NCBI GenBank assembly: GCA_049439405.1
Contig: JBMTKL010000001.1
Coordinates: 14,426 to 38,425, forward strand
Direction of reading: 5' to 3'
Source of the DNA: Acholeplasmataceae bacterium
GTDB lineage: Bacteria > Bacillota_I > Bacilli_A > Acholeplasmatales > Acholeplasmataceae
Length of the DNA stretch: 24,000 bases
In this document: positions 1 to 8,148 of the stretch, piece by piece
Position numbering within the stretch: the first letter of the stretch is position 1
Layout: every line of letters starts with the position of its first letter
Notes under the pieces: model-generated
What the model was told of the DNA's origin: nothing
Database searches by the model: none
The model's input: the letters and a program-made list of their open reading frames with translations, nothing else
Position numbers and translations under genes: made by a program

Positions 1-1592
1 CTTACATCACGTTTAAAATCATTCCAATTAATGTATTTTCCTGATAAATGTTTTTTAGAAACCTCAATAAATTTCTCTTTGATTTCAACAAGTAGTTGTT
101 CAGATGCTTGAATATATACAAATCCTTTTGTAACAATTTCAACTTTACCAATAATTTTTTTAGTTCTAGGATTAATATGTGCAACAATGAGTAACGTACC
201 ATCTTCGGCTAGCAACTCCCTGTCTTTCATGACAAAGTCATTCACATCTCCTATCGAAGTACCATCAATGAGTATTTCTCCAACTTTAATGTCTTGAAGT
301 CCAATATACATATCTTTATCTTTGAAATTCACAACATCGCCATTATCTAAAAGTAAAACTTGGTCTTCTTTATAGCCTAACGACATGGCAAGCTTTCTCA
401 GTCCATATTGATGCCTATATTCACCAATCGTTGGAATAATATAATCTGGTTTAAATAATTGAATCATCATTTTAAGTTCTTCTGATGATGCATGGTTATA
501 AGATAACATCTTTTTATCAACAGGAATAATGGTAGCTTCAGTACGATATAAAATATCCAATGTTCTTGCTGCCATTTTTTCAGTACCTGGCACTGGAGCA
601 GTAAGTAATAAGACCGTGTCATTATCTTCAATGTGAATCAATCGATCTTGTTTTTTGCACATTCTTTGTAACATGTAAAAAGGTTCATGTCTTGATCCGG
701 TGACTATAGCCACAATATCGTCATCGTTATTTTTATTTGCATCATCGATAAAACGTAGTTTGATCAGTTTTTCTTTAGGGATGTTAATATAGCCATCAGA
801 AATTGCGATATCTACAATCCTTTGAGCCCGACGTCCAATAATCGCGATTCTTTTTTTGTGTGCTAAGCAAATATCGATGACTTGTTGAATTTTATGTAAA
901 TCTGAAGAAAATACGGAAACAATGATGCGATGCGATGCATTTGTAAAAACACGATGTATGTTATTTTGTAATTCTTCGCTTAATCCACCAGAAACATGCA
1001 TATTTGATCCAATAGACTCAATTAATAGTGCCAGCACGTTCTTTTCAGCAATTTCATTAATCTTTTTAAAATTCGTTTGATAACGAGGATTACCACTTTG
1101 TTCTAATGTAAAATCACTTGTATAAACAATGACACCTTGAAGAGTATGAATCGCAATCCCAATGGATTCTGGGATGTTATGTGTCGTATTAAAAAACGTA
1201 AATCTCACACTACCAAATTTAACGATTGAGTGCTCATGAATCGTATTTAACGTTAATGTTTCTAAATCAAAGTTCTCTTCTTGCAATCGATCTTTAACAA
1301 CTTGCATTGTAAATTTAGTTGCATAAACTGGAACATTCAACTCTTTAAGTATATGTGGAAGTGCTCCAATATGGTCTTCGTGTGCATGCGATAAAAAAAT
1401 ACCTTTGATGCGCTGTTGTGCACGTATTAAAATTCTAAAATCCGGAATGATCTCATCAACACCAAAAAGTTCTTGTGAGGGATATTTAATTCCTGCATCT
1501 AAAATGTATAAATTGTTTTCGATTTCAAGAACGTACATATTTTTACCGTTCTCACTTAAACCACCTAATCCAAAAAAGCGAATATTTGACAT
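1..1592 (-). CDS. rnj: Ribonuclease J family metallo-beta-lactamase RNase (runs off the left edge, C-terminus missing)
   Basis: Open minus-strand frame from ATG at 1592 to base 1. It starts MSNIRFFGLGGLSENGKNMYVLEIENNLYILDAG and contains the HxHxDH metal motif in IKGIFLSHAHEDHIGALPH. An AAGG Shine-Dalgarno lies upstream. The supplied ORF track omits it, probably because it has no stop inside the window. Confidence 0.95.
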   Translation of the reverse strand, partial: MSNIRFFGLGGLSENGKNMYVLEIENNLYILDAGIKYPSQELFGVDEIIPDFRILIRAQQRIKGIFLSHAHEDHIGALPHILKELNVPVYATKFTMQVVKDRLQEENFDLETLTLNTIHEHSIVKFGSVRFTFFNTTHNIPESIGIAIHTLQGVIVYTSDFTLEQSGNPRYQTNFKKINEIAEKNVLALLIESIGSNMHVSGGLSEELQNNIHRVFTNASHRIIVSVFSSDLHKIQQVIDICLAHKKRIAIIGRRAQRIVDIAISDGYINIPKEKLIKLRFIDDANKNNDDDIVAIVTGSRHEPFYMLQRMCKKQDRLIHIEDNDTVLLLTAPVPGTEKMAARTLDILYRTEATIIPVDKKMLSYNHASSEELKMMIQLFKPDYIIPTIGEYRHQYGLRKLAMSLGYKEDQVLLLDNGDVVNFKDKDMYIGLQDIKVGEILIDGTSIGDVNDFVMKDRELLAEDGTLLIVAHINPRTKKIIGKVEIVTKGFVYIQASEQLLVEIKEKFIEVSKKHLSGKYINWNDFKRDV

Positions 1593-1623
1593 ATTTTTAC
1601 CTTGTATCGTTTTATTTAATTTT

Positions 1624-1632
1624 ATTATATCA
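1624..1632 (-). promoter_or_regulatory. Extended -10 promoter (TGATATAAT) for rnj
   Basis: Minus strand reads CTATGATATAAT, a TRTGn extended -10, about 30 nt upstream of the rnj start. Confidence 0.55.
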
Positions 1633-1668
1633 TAGTTTAAGAAATGCTCGTTAGCGATGACTAATATA

Positions 1669-1677
1669 TGGTAAAAT
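1669..1677 (+). promoter_or_regulatory. Extended -10 promoter (TGGTAAAAT) for recU
   Basis: ATATATGGTAAAAT lies 13 nt before the recU ATG. Confidence 0.45.
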
Positions 1678-1690
1678 AAATGTAGGTGAT

Positions 1691-2257
1691 ATGATGAAAT
1701 ATCCAAACAACAAAAAAACATATGTTCAAAAAAGTGTGCATTCAAAATTAGGGATGACCCTTGAAGAAGACATCAATCAAACAAATACATATTACTTGCA
1801 ACAAGGCATTGCCAATATCCATAAAAAACCAACACCAGTTCAAGTCGTTTCTGTAAATTATCCTGCAAGAAATAAAGCGAAAATTACAGAAGCTTATTAT
1901 AAAACGCCCTCAACAACAGACTATAATGGTCTTTATAAAGGACGTTATATTGATTTTGATTGTAAAGAAACTAAGAACAAGACATCACTGCCACTTTCAA
2001 ATATCCACATCCATCAGCAACAGCATTTAAAAGATATTCATGACAAAGGTGGTCTTGCATTTTTGATTGTGCATTTTAAACAGCAAAATCGATACTTTCT
2101 CATGCCTTATACATCATTAGATCCATATTTTAACGGTTCAATGAATAGAAAATCCATCCCATTTGATGCTTTCTTAAAATATGGTTATGAAATCCCTTTT
2201 ACATATCAACCACGTTTAGACTACTTGAAAATTATTGATACATTGTTGAAGTCTTAA
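1691..2257 (+). CDS. recU: Holliday junction resolvase RecU
   Basis: 188 aa. VHSKLGMTLEEDINQTNTYYLQQGIANIHKKPTPVQVV and GRYIDFDCKETKNKTSLPLSNIHIHQQQHL match the RecU family pattern. Confidence 0.95.
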   Translation: MMKYPNNKKTYVQKSVHSKLGMTLEEDINQTNTYYLQQGIANIHKKPTPVQVVSVNYPARNKAKITEAYYKTPSTTDYNGLYKGRYIDFDCKETKNKTSLPLSNIHIHQQQHLKDIHDKGGLAFLIVHFKQQNRYFLMPYTSLDPYFNGSMNRKSIPFDAFLKYGYEIPFTYQPRLDYLKIIDTLLKS

Positions 2258-2915
2258 GGATTCTTTGATAGATCACAACACCAATACCATATGATATAAA
2301 TAATGTTGATGCGATATATATGAGATTATAGCTGATACTATAAAAAACGACATTATTATCAAACAATTCAAATATTTGAGTCGCTATATTAGGTTCAATA
2401 TTACCAGCTTCCACTTCTGATGTTGCATAAGCTATTGAACTTGACCATAATATGACACCGGATAAACTTGATGACACTAATCTAACAAAACTCACAAATG
2501 CAAATGCTTGGAACATTTTTAATGCTGTCATTTCAAATGGTGTTTTAAATAATCCTGATAAACCAAATGCCATAAATGGAATGGCATAATCGAGTAGGAA
2601 TAAACTTACAATTTTTAACAATGTCCAAGATTCTCCAGTCCAACTTTCAAGCGTAATACGTAACGTGTCCAAATAAACAATATAATCGGCACCAAAATTG
2701 TAAAGTGCATAAATAAAACCACCTAATAGTCCGTATTTTAAACCAAATATCAGACCAATGAAAACAAGCGGAATCATTGAGATTCCAAAAAACTTCCCAC
2801 CAAAAGGCATACTTGCATTTAACCCAGGTATACTTGATGTGATCACATCGACAATGATCGCGATGGCAACTAAAATTGCAGTGGTAACTACTGCTTTAAC
2901 ATTTGGATTTTTCAT
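2232..2915 (-). CDS. thiT: ECF-type thiamine transporter S component (ThiT/YuaJ)
   Basis: 227 aa, multi-spanning. Contains AIAIIVDVITSSIPGLNASMPFGGKFFGISMIPLVFIGLIFGLKYGLLGGFIYALYNFGADYI. AGGAGG Shine-Dalgarno, and a TPP aptamer upstream. Confidence 0.9.
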   Translation of the reverse strand: MKNPNVKAVVTTAILVAIAIIVDVITSSIPGLNASMPFGGKFFGISMIPLVFIGLIFGLKYGLLGGFIYALYNFGADYIVYLDTLRITLESWTGESWTLLKIVSLFLLDYAIPFMAFGLSGLFKTPFEMTALKMFQAFAFVSFVRLVSSSLSGVILWSSSIAYATSEVEAGNIEPNIATQIFELFDNNVVFYSISYNLIYIASTLFISYGIGVVIYQRILKTSTMYQ

Positions 2916-2931
2916 TTCTACCTCCTAAAAT

Positions 2932-2958
2932 AAAAAAGTTTCTATGGCAACATAGAAA
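2932..2958 (-). terminator. Candidate intrinsic terminator in the thiT leader (riboswitch expression platform)
   Basis: Minus strand TTTCTATG-TTGC-CATAGAAA-CTTTTTT: an 8-bp A/T-rich stem plus T6, directly before the AGGAGG of thiT. Confidence 0.6.
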
Positions 2959-2975
2959 TGGGTTCACATATGAAC

Positions 2976-3054
2976 TCACTATCCCATGCTGGCATTATCC
3001 AGTCCGGTACTCGGGTCGAATATTTCCTCTCAGCCTTTCGGCTCCCCGTAGTGA
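2976..3054 (-). promoter_or_regulatory. TPP (THI-element) riboswitch aptamer upstream of thiT
   Basis: Minus strand TCACTACGGGGAGCCGAAAGGCTGAGAGGAAATATTCGACCCGAGTACCGGACTGGATAATGCCAGCATGGGATAGTGA contains the CTGAGAG and CTGGATAATGCCAGC THI-box cores. P1 pairs TCACTA with TAGTGA. Confidence 0.95.
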
Positions 3055-3132
3055 TATAGTCAACTTTAACATACTTTGTATATTAAAATCAATACATTTG
3101 AAAATGATGACATAGTAATTTATAATATTTTC

Positions 3133-3161
3133 TTGTAATTTTTAATAATTTATAGTATAAT
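3133..3161 (+). promoter_or_regulatory. Sigma-70/SigA-type promoter for the small ORF-nfeD-SPFH operon
   Basis: TTGTAA, 17-nt spacer, TATAAT, 22 nt upstream of the ATG at 3184. Confidence 0.7.
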
Positions 3162-3183
3162 TATTATGTGAAAGGAGAATTAT

Positions 3184-3564
3184 ATGTCATTTACATGGTT
3201 TAATGAAAAACCTAAAGAAGTAATCGTCACACTAGCTTCAGGTAATATTACATTGAATAAACAAGGTTCAATGTGTTTTGAACACGCATACAATGTTTTA
3301 CTAGGCGTTGATCATACGTCGCATCGTATAGCAATTAAGCCATTGGATAAAGATGAATCCATGAGCCAGTTATATCCTGATAATAAGAAATACAAAATTA
3401 CAGTTCGATCATCCTATGCACGGATTACAAATAAGGCATTTATGGAAGAAATCTCATCTTTAACGGGTTTAAATTTAGAAGTCACACCTGTAAAATTCCC
3501 TGCAACATGGAATGAGAAAGAACAGATGCTAATTATTGATCTTAAAGGAGGTGCAGCATCATGA
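3184..3564 (+). CDS. Uncharacterised 126-aa soluble protein, first gene of the NfeD/SPFH operon
   Basis: ORF with promoter and AAAGGAG Shine-Dalgarno. Overlaps the next ORF by ATGA. No recognisable domain. Confidence 0.8.
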   Translation: MSFTWFNEKPKEVIVTLASGNITLNKQGSMCFEHAYNVLLGVDHTSHRIAIKPLDKDESMSQLYPDNKKYKITVRSSYARITNKAFMEEISSLTGLNLEVTPVKFPATWNEKEQMLIIDLKGGAAS

Positions 3565-4001
3565 TAGAATTTACAAGCGAAGTTTTAATTTGGTTTTGGT
3601 TAGGTGTATTCATTATTTCGATTATTCTAGAGGCTGCTACGGTTGATTTTGTCGCCCTTTGGTTTGCAGTCGCTGCGTTGCCATCATTTATTTTATCACT
3701 TGTTGGTGCTCCGCTATGGTTACAAGTGATTATATTTTTGTTGGTTGCCATTCTTCTATTGGCATTTACAAGACCTTACATGGTTAAATATTTTAAAACA
3801 AATAGAACAAAGACAAATGTTCATGCAGCCATTGGCAAAATTGCAGTTGTAACTGAAGAAATCACACCTAATCAAATTGGATCAGTGAAACTTAGAGGGA
3901 TTAGTTGGTCTGCCATTTCTAATTATCCAATTAAAAAAAATGCGGAAGTTCGCATTTTAGACATTGAAGGTGTAAAATTAATTGTAGAACCTATTGAATA
4001 A
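3561..4001 (+). CDS. NfeD family membrane protein (short form)
   Basis: 146 aa with hydrophobic N-terminal segments and a C-terminal OB-like domain: GKIAVVTEEITPNQIGSVKLRGISWSAISNYPIKKNAEVRILDIEGVKLIVEPIE. Confidence 0.85.
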   Translation: MIEFTSEVLIWFWLGVFIISIILEAATVDFVALWFAVAALPSFILSLVGAPLWLQVIIFLLVAILLLAFTRPYMVKYFKTNRTKTNVHAAIGKIAVVTEEITPNQIGSVKLRGISWSAISNYPIKKNAEVRILDIEGVKLIVEPIE

Positions 4002-4034
4002 AAAAATTCTAGCATAAAAAAAGGAGAGTAAAAC

Positions 4035-4940
4035 ATGCCAGGAGTAGCAATTATTATTGTTGTCGTTGTCATCATTGTTTTAATTGTTTCAAGCTTTAGA
4101 CTTGTCACACAAACAAACATGTATGTCATCGAACGTTTAGGTGGTTATTCAACCACATGGGATACGGGAATTCATATTTTAATTCCATTTGTTGATCGTG
4201 TAGTATCACAAGTATCTATGAAAGAACAGGTGCGAGATTTTCCACCTCAACCCGTGATTACTAAAGATAACTTAACGATGCAAATTGATGCCGTTGTCTT
4301 CTTCCAAGTCACAGATCCAAAACTTTACGCATATGGTGTTAATAACCCAATTGCAGCCATTGAAAATTTATCTGCAACGACATTGCGTAATATTATTGGT
4401 GATTTAGATTTAGATCAAACATTGACATCACGTGATTTAATTAACACGAAAATGCGTGAAATTTTAGATGAGGCAACTGATGCATGGGGTATTAAAGTGA
4501 ATCGTGTTGAAGTTAAAAACATTATTCCACCTAAAGATATTCGTGAAGCCTTAGAAAAACAACTTAGAGCAGAACGTGAAAAACGTGAAAGTATCTTAGT
4601 TGCTGAAGGGGAAAAAAGAGCTCAAATTCTTCGTGCTGAAGGGGATGCTGAATCCGTTATCTTAAGAGCGAATGCAGCTAAACAAGAACGAATTTTAGAA
4701 GCTGAAGGTGAAGCTGAAGCTATTTTCAAACTTAAAGAAGCTGAAGCAACAGGTATTAAACTCATCAAAGATTCCAAAGCTGATGATGCTGTTCTCAAAA
4801 TTAAGAGTTTTGAAGCACTTGCAAAAGTTGCTGACGGACAATCCACAAAAATTATTGTCCCATCGAACTTAATGGATTTATCTTCTGTTGTTCTTGCTGC
4901 TAAAGAAATTGCAACAGGAAAAGAACCAGCAAAAAAATAA
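4035..4940 (+). CDS. SPFH/Band 7 (stomatin/slipin-like) membrane protein
   Basis: 301 aa. N-terminal TM, then VIERLGGYSTTWDTGIHILIPFVDRV...MKEQVRDFPPQPVITKDNLTMQIDAVVFFQVTDP and a coiled coil rich in AEGE repeats. AAAGGAG Shine-Dalgarno. Confidence 0.95.
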   Translation: MPGVAIIIVVVVIIVLIVSSFRLVTQTNMYVIERLGGYSTTWDTGIHILIPFVDRVVSQVSMKEQVRDFPPQPVITKDNLTMQIDAVVFFQVTDPKLYAYGVNNPIAAIENLSATTLRNIIGDLDLDQTLTSRDLINTKMREILDEATDAWGIKVNRVEVKNIIPPKDIREALEKQLRAEREKRESILVAEGEKRAQILRAEGDAESVILRANAAKQERILEAEGEAEAIFKLKEAEATGIKLIKDSKADDAVLKIKSFEALAKVADGQSTKIIVPSNLMDLSSVVLAAKEIATGKEPAKK

Positions 4941-4948
4941 ACTAAAAA

Positions 4949-4970
4949 AAAAGCACCGAAAGGTGCTTTT
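4949..4970. terminator. Bidirectional intrinsic terminator between the SPFH gene and pdp
   Basis: AAAAGCACC-GAAA-GGTGCTTTT, a perfect 9-bp stem with flanking A and T runs between convergent genes. Confidence 0.85.
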
Positions 4971-6267
4971 AATTTGTAATAATATCATAAATTAAAGTAA
5001 TGTCTTGGGCTTTTTCAGTAAATGTATAGGCATTTTTCATGAGTGCCATGGCTTCTTCAATCCCTTTATCTTGAACATTTAAGGTCGCTAATATATCGCC
5101 TTTTTCTACTTTTTCGCCTACCTTATACTTCAATACAATACCAACTGAATGATCAACCTCATCGGTTTTGACTTTTCTGCCTGCGCCGAGTGCCATACCT
5201 GCTTGACCAACTTTCAATGCATCAATATGTTTAATGTAACCTGAGGATTCACTGATGACATGAACAGTTTTTTTAGCAATACGACTGCTCATGTTTAGTA
5301 ATTGCTCCCCATCTCCTCCTTGATCTTCTACCATACGCTTCAAATATGGGAATGCAACACCTTTATGAAGTACAAGCATTACAGCATCATAAGCAATATC
5401 TTCATTCTCAAAAATATTTGCTGCAACGAGTAATTGTGCTGATAACATTGAAACAATGACATTAAGATCATCAGGTCCTTTACCTAAAAGTGTCTCAACA
5501 GCTTCAAAAACCTCATGTGCATTTCCAACATAGTGTCCTAAAGGTTCACTCATATTTGTCAGAACAGCAATTACTTTTTTACCTGCTTTATGACCAATAT
5601 TAACCATCAAGGTTGCTAACTTTCTAGCACTATCCAGATCTTTCATGAAAGCACCATCGCCAACTTTGACATCTAATACAATCACATCTGCTCCTGATGC
5701 GAGTTTTTTGCTCATAATCGATGATGCAATTAATGGCATACTGTCAACAGTTGCTGTTACATCACGGAGTGCATAAAGCTTTTTATCTGCAGGTGCAACA
5801 TCACCTGATTGACCAATGATTGAAATGTCATGTGTGTTCACTTGATGTTTAAACGCTTCTTCACTCATGACGACTTTAAACCCAGGTATGCTTTCTAATT
5901 TATCTAACGTACCACCAGTATGTCCAAGTCCACGGCCACTCATCTTAGCGAGCTTTAAACCAAAATGTGCCATTAAAGGTGCGATAATCAAAGAGGTTTT
6001 ATCACCAACACCTCCTGTAGAGTGTTTATCAACTTTAATGCCTTCTATATCTGATAAGTCAATCACATCACCTGAATCTCTCATGGCTAAAGCTAAATGT
6101 GTTGATTCTTCATCATTCATTCCATTGAGTAAAATAGCCATGGTCATGGCACTCATTTGATAATCTGGAATTGACCCGTTGGTATATCCTTGAATCATGA
6201 AGCGAATCATTGCTTCATCTAATGTTTTTTTCTCTTTTTTGAGTTGTATTAATTGTGTCATTGTCAT
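4969..6267 (-). CDS. pdp: Pyrimidine-nucleoside phosphorylase
   Basis: 432 aa. DLSDIEGIKVDKHSTGGVGDKTSLIIAPLMAHFGLKLAKMSGRGLGHTGGTLDKLESIPGF is the thymidine/pyrimidine phosphorylase signature. Confidence 0.95.
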   Translation of the reverse strand: MTMTQLIQLKKEKKTLDEAMIRFMIQGYTNGSIPDYQMSAMTMAILLNGMNDEESTHLALAMRDSGDVIDLSDIEGIKVDKHSTGGVGDKTSLIIAPLMAHFGLKLAKMSGRGLGHTGGTLDKLESIPGFKVVMSEEAFKHQVNTHDISIIGQSGDVAPADKKLYALRDVTATVDSMPLIASSIMSKKLASGADVIVLDVKVGDGAFMKDLDSARKLATLMVNIGHKAGKKVIAVLTNMSEPLGHYVGNAHEVFEAVETLLGKGPDDLNVIVSMLSAQLLVAANIFENEDIAYDAVMLVLHKGVAFPYLKRMVEDQGGDGEQLLNMSSRIAKKTVHVISESSGYIKHIDALKVGQAGMALGAGRKVKTDEVDHSVGIVLKYKVGEKVEKGDILATLNVQDKGIEEAMALMKNAYTFTEKAQDITLIYDIITN

Positions 6268-6282
6268 AGTATCACCGCTTCT

Positions 6283-6291
6283 ATTGTAACA
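6283..6291 (-). promoter_or_regulatory. Extended -10 promoter (TGTTACAAT) for pdp
   Basis: Minus strand TTTATGTTACAAT ends 15 nt before the pdp ATG. Confidence 0.5.
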
Positions 6292-6313
6292 TAAAATTCA
6301 CTTATGGTATACT
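6284..6313 (+). promoter_or_regulatory. Promoter (TTGTAA, 18-nt spacer, TGG-TATACT) for the histidine phosphatase gene
   Basis: -35-like and extended -10 elements 16 nt before the ATG at 6330. Confidence 0.5.
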
Positions 6314-6329
6314 TCTATTTGGTGAAACT

Positions 6330-6883
6330 ATGATACTAAAAGTAATGAGACATTCTTTAACAAACCTTAATGAATCACAGAGAATTCAAGGTCAAATTGA
6401 CATTCCATTATCTGCGAATGGTGAACAATTAGCACATCAGATATGGAAAGCTATTGATGTGGGTCCAATAGATTATATTGTTTCTTCACCATTACTTAGA
6501 GCAACTCAAACTGCTATGATAGCATCCAAATATTTAAACTATAAAAAGCCTATTGTTACGTTGCAACTTTTCATTGAACGAAACTTTGGCATACTAGATT
6601 ATCAACCGATTGAAACATCGAGACCTTTGTTAAAGCATCCTAAAAATATCGAAGGGTTTGAACACAATGATGCATTTGAATCGAGAATTACAGAAGGACT
6701 AAATATATTACACAAATATTACTCGTTTTTTGTCACTCGCGCGTCATCAAGGCACTTCTTCAAATCAGCTCAAATATAGAAGCCAGTTACAGGACAACGA
6801 AAATTGACCATGAAAGTATATTAGAATTTAATTTTGATGGGAACACCTTAACATTCATAAAAACAATAAAAAAGAACACGTAA
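6330..6883 (+). pseudogene. Histidine phosphatase (phosphoglycerate mutase-like) superfamily protein, apparently frameshifted at a T6 run (6726-6731)
   Basis: The in-frame ORF (6330..6779, 149 aa) begins MILKVMRHSLTNLNESQRIQGQIDIPLSANGEQLA. Homology-like sequence continues in another frame from about 6734 (HSRVIKALLQISSNIEASYRTTKIDHESILEFNFDGNTLTFIKTIKKNT) to a stop at 6881-6883. Adding one T to the run restores a 184-aa ORF. Confidence 0.75.
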
Positions 6884-6894
6884 TGTGTTCTTTT
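6870..6894. terminator. Bidirectional intrinsic terminator between the phosphatase gene and plsC
   Basis: AAAAGAACAC-GTAAT-GTGTTCTTTT, a 10-bp stem. The restored phosphatase stop codon lies in the loop and the plsC stop at the stem edge. Confidence 0.8.
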
Positions 6895-7675
6895 ATTTTA
6901 CTTGATTAATTTGATTTTTTACTAGGTCGGCAAGATCACCACTCGACATGTTTTTATATTGCTCATAAGGGATTGGTGGCATAAAATAAACATGTTTATC
7001 CGTATGAAAAAATGGCATTCTTTTTCTTACTTGAGTGTTACCCATAATGCGTACAGGTACAATCGCTGCCTGAGATTTCGTTGCAATTTTTAGTGAGCCT
7101 GCTTTGAGTTCACCAAGGCTTTCTTCATGCTTATATTTTGTTCCTCCTTCCGGAAAAACAATCATCGCATGTTCAGATTTTACTCTCTTAATGGCATCGA
7201 TTAAACGTTTTACTGTATCACGATCATTATCTCTATCAACCATGAAACATCCCATAGCTTTTAGCCAACCACCCACGACTGGTATTTTATATAACGATTT
7301 TTTAGGTGTAAATGCAAGTGGTCTTTTTATTATGCTTAATAAAATGAATGCATCTGTGTATGATTTATGTGTAGAATAAAATACAGTTTCACCTTCAACT
7401 GGTATATTTTCCAAACCATGATAAATAGGTCTAAGTCTAGCAATAAAGCGATTAACAGTGTTCCCCATTGATCTTGTTGTGTAGGTGAAAAACTTATTTT
7501 TCGGTCCTGTGAGTCTATAAAAAGGTGTAAAGATTTGAAAAATCATCAACAACATAAAAACAGTAACAAATTGAGCGAGCATAATCCACACTGGAATTAA
7601 AAAAGTATTGTCAACGAGACTTGTCATTGTAAATACAAATCCTACATATATAATGATATAAAATAAAGTAAACAT
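6893..7675 (-). CDS. plsC: 1-acyl-sn-glycerol-3-phosphate acyltransferase (PlsC-like)
   Basis: 260 aa with the HxxxxD motif (STHKSYTDAFIL), the VFPEG motif (MIVFPEGGTKY) and IVPVRIMG. Confidence 0.9.
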   Translation of the reverse strand: MFTLFYIIIYVGFVFTMTSLVDNTFLIPVWIMLAQFVTVFMLLMIFQIFTPFYRLTGPKNKFFTYTTRSMGNTVNRFIARLRPIYHGLENIPVEGETVFYSTHKSYTDAFILLSIIKRPLAFTPKKSLYKIPVVGGWLKAMGCFMVDRDNDRDTVKRLIDAIKRVKSEHAMIVFPEGGTKYKHEESLGELKAGSLKIATKSQAAIVPVRIMGNTQVRKRMPFFHTDKHVYFMPPIPYEQYKNMSSGDLADLVKNQINQVK

Positions 7676-7680
7676 ATTTT

Positions 7681-8148
7681 CTATTTCCTTTCATATTTGG
7701 TTAATATCAGTTGAGGTTTTATTTGGTATTCACTCAATTTAAAATGTTTTAATGAATACTTTGGAAAATGTGTATCACCATCATACCGATTTAAAATATA
7801 TGTAATATACAATACATCTGCATATTTCAATGCAATGTCATAAATCTTTGCACCACCTAAAACAAAGATGTCCCCATGATAACTTTTTAGAAATTGTTCA
7901 ACATCATCAATAATGATTCCATGATGAATGGTTGACATCGATTTTGATGCAACATATACTTCTTCGTAAGGAAGATTTCCACTAGGAAAATAGGACATCA
8001 TGGAATCATAAGTTTCTTTACCCATCAGTACTTTTTTACCTCGAGTAATTCGGTTAAAATACTTTAAATCTTCAGGATAATGCCATGGTAATTTGTTTTT
8101 TAATCCTATGACACGATTTTCATCCATAGCCCATATCAAAGCTATCAT
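7681..8148 (-). CDS. dfrA: Dihydrofolate reductase
   Basis: 155 aa. [50 protein letters not shown]...[14 protein letters not shown]-type DHFR signature. Confidence 0.95.
   Translation of the reverse strand: MIALIWAMDENRVIGLKNKLPWHYPEDLKYFNRITRGKKVLMGKETYDSMMSYFPSGNLPYEEVYVASKSMSTIHHGIIIDDVEQFLKSYHGDIFVLGGAKIYDIALKYADVLYITYILNRYDGDTHFPKYSLKHFKLSEYQIKPQLILTKYERK

Noticed and set aside
2-202. 66-aa minus-strand ORF at left edge
   Set aside because: It is in an alternative frame inside the rnj coding sequence, which remains open to base 1.
1405-1635. Plus-strand 76-aa ORF opposite rnj
   Set aside because: Antisense shadow of the strongly supported rnj coding frame.
2903-3115. 70-aa plus-strand ORF (MDFSFLPPKIKK...) in the track
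   Set aside because: It starts at TTG opposite the thiT start and runs antisense through the terminator and TPP aptamer. The riboswitch explains the conservation and there is no Shine-Dalgarno.
3562-3564. Possible UGA=Trp (code 4) reading
   Set aside because: TGA is used as a stop in compact ATGA overlaps and conserved Trp positions are TGG (for example in ThyA). The reading frames end where expected, so the standard code fits.
4600-4760. Imperfect tandem repeats in the SPFH gene (GAAGGTGAAGCTGAAGC-like units)
   Set aside because: These are explained by the normal alanine/glutamate-rich coiled coil of SPFH proteins and are not a DNA-level repeat array.
4622-4846. Minus-strand ORF inside the SPFH gene
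   Set aside because: Shadow ORF caused by the repetitive AEGE coiled-coil coding sequence. No ribosome binding site or independent support.
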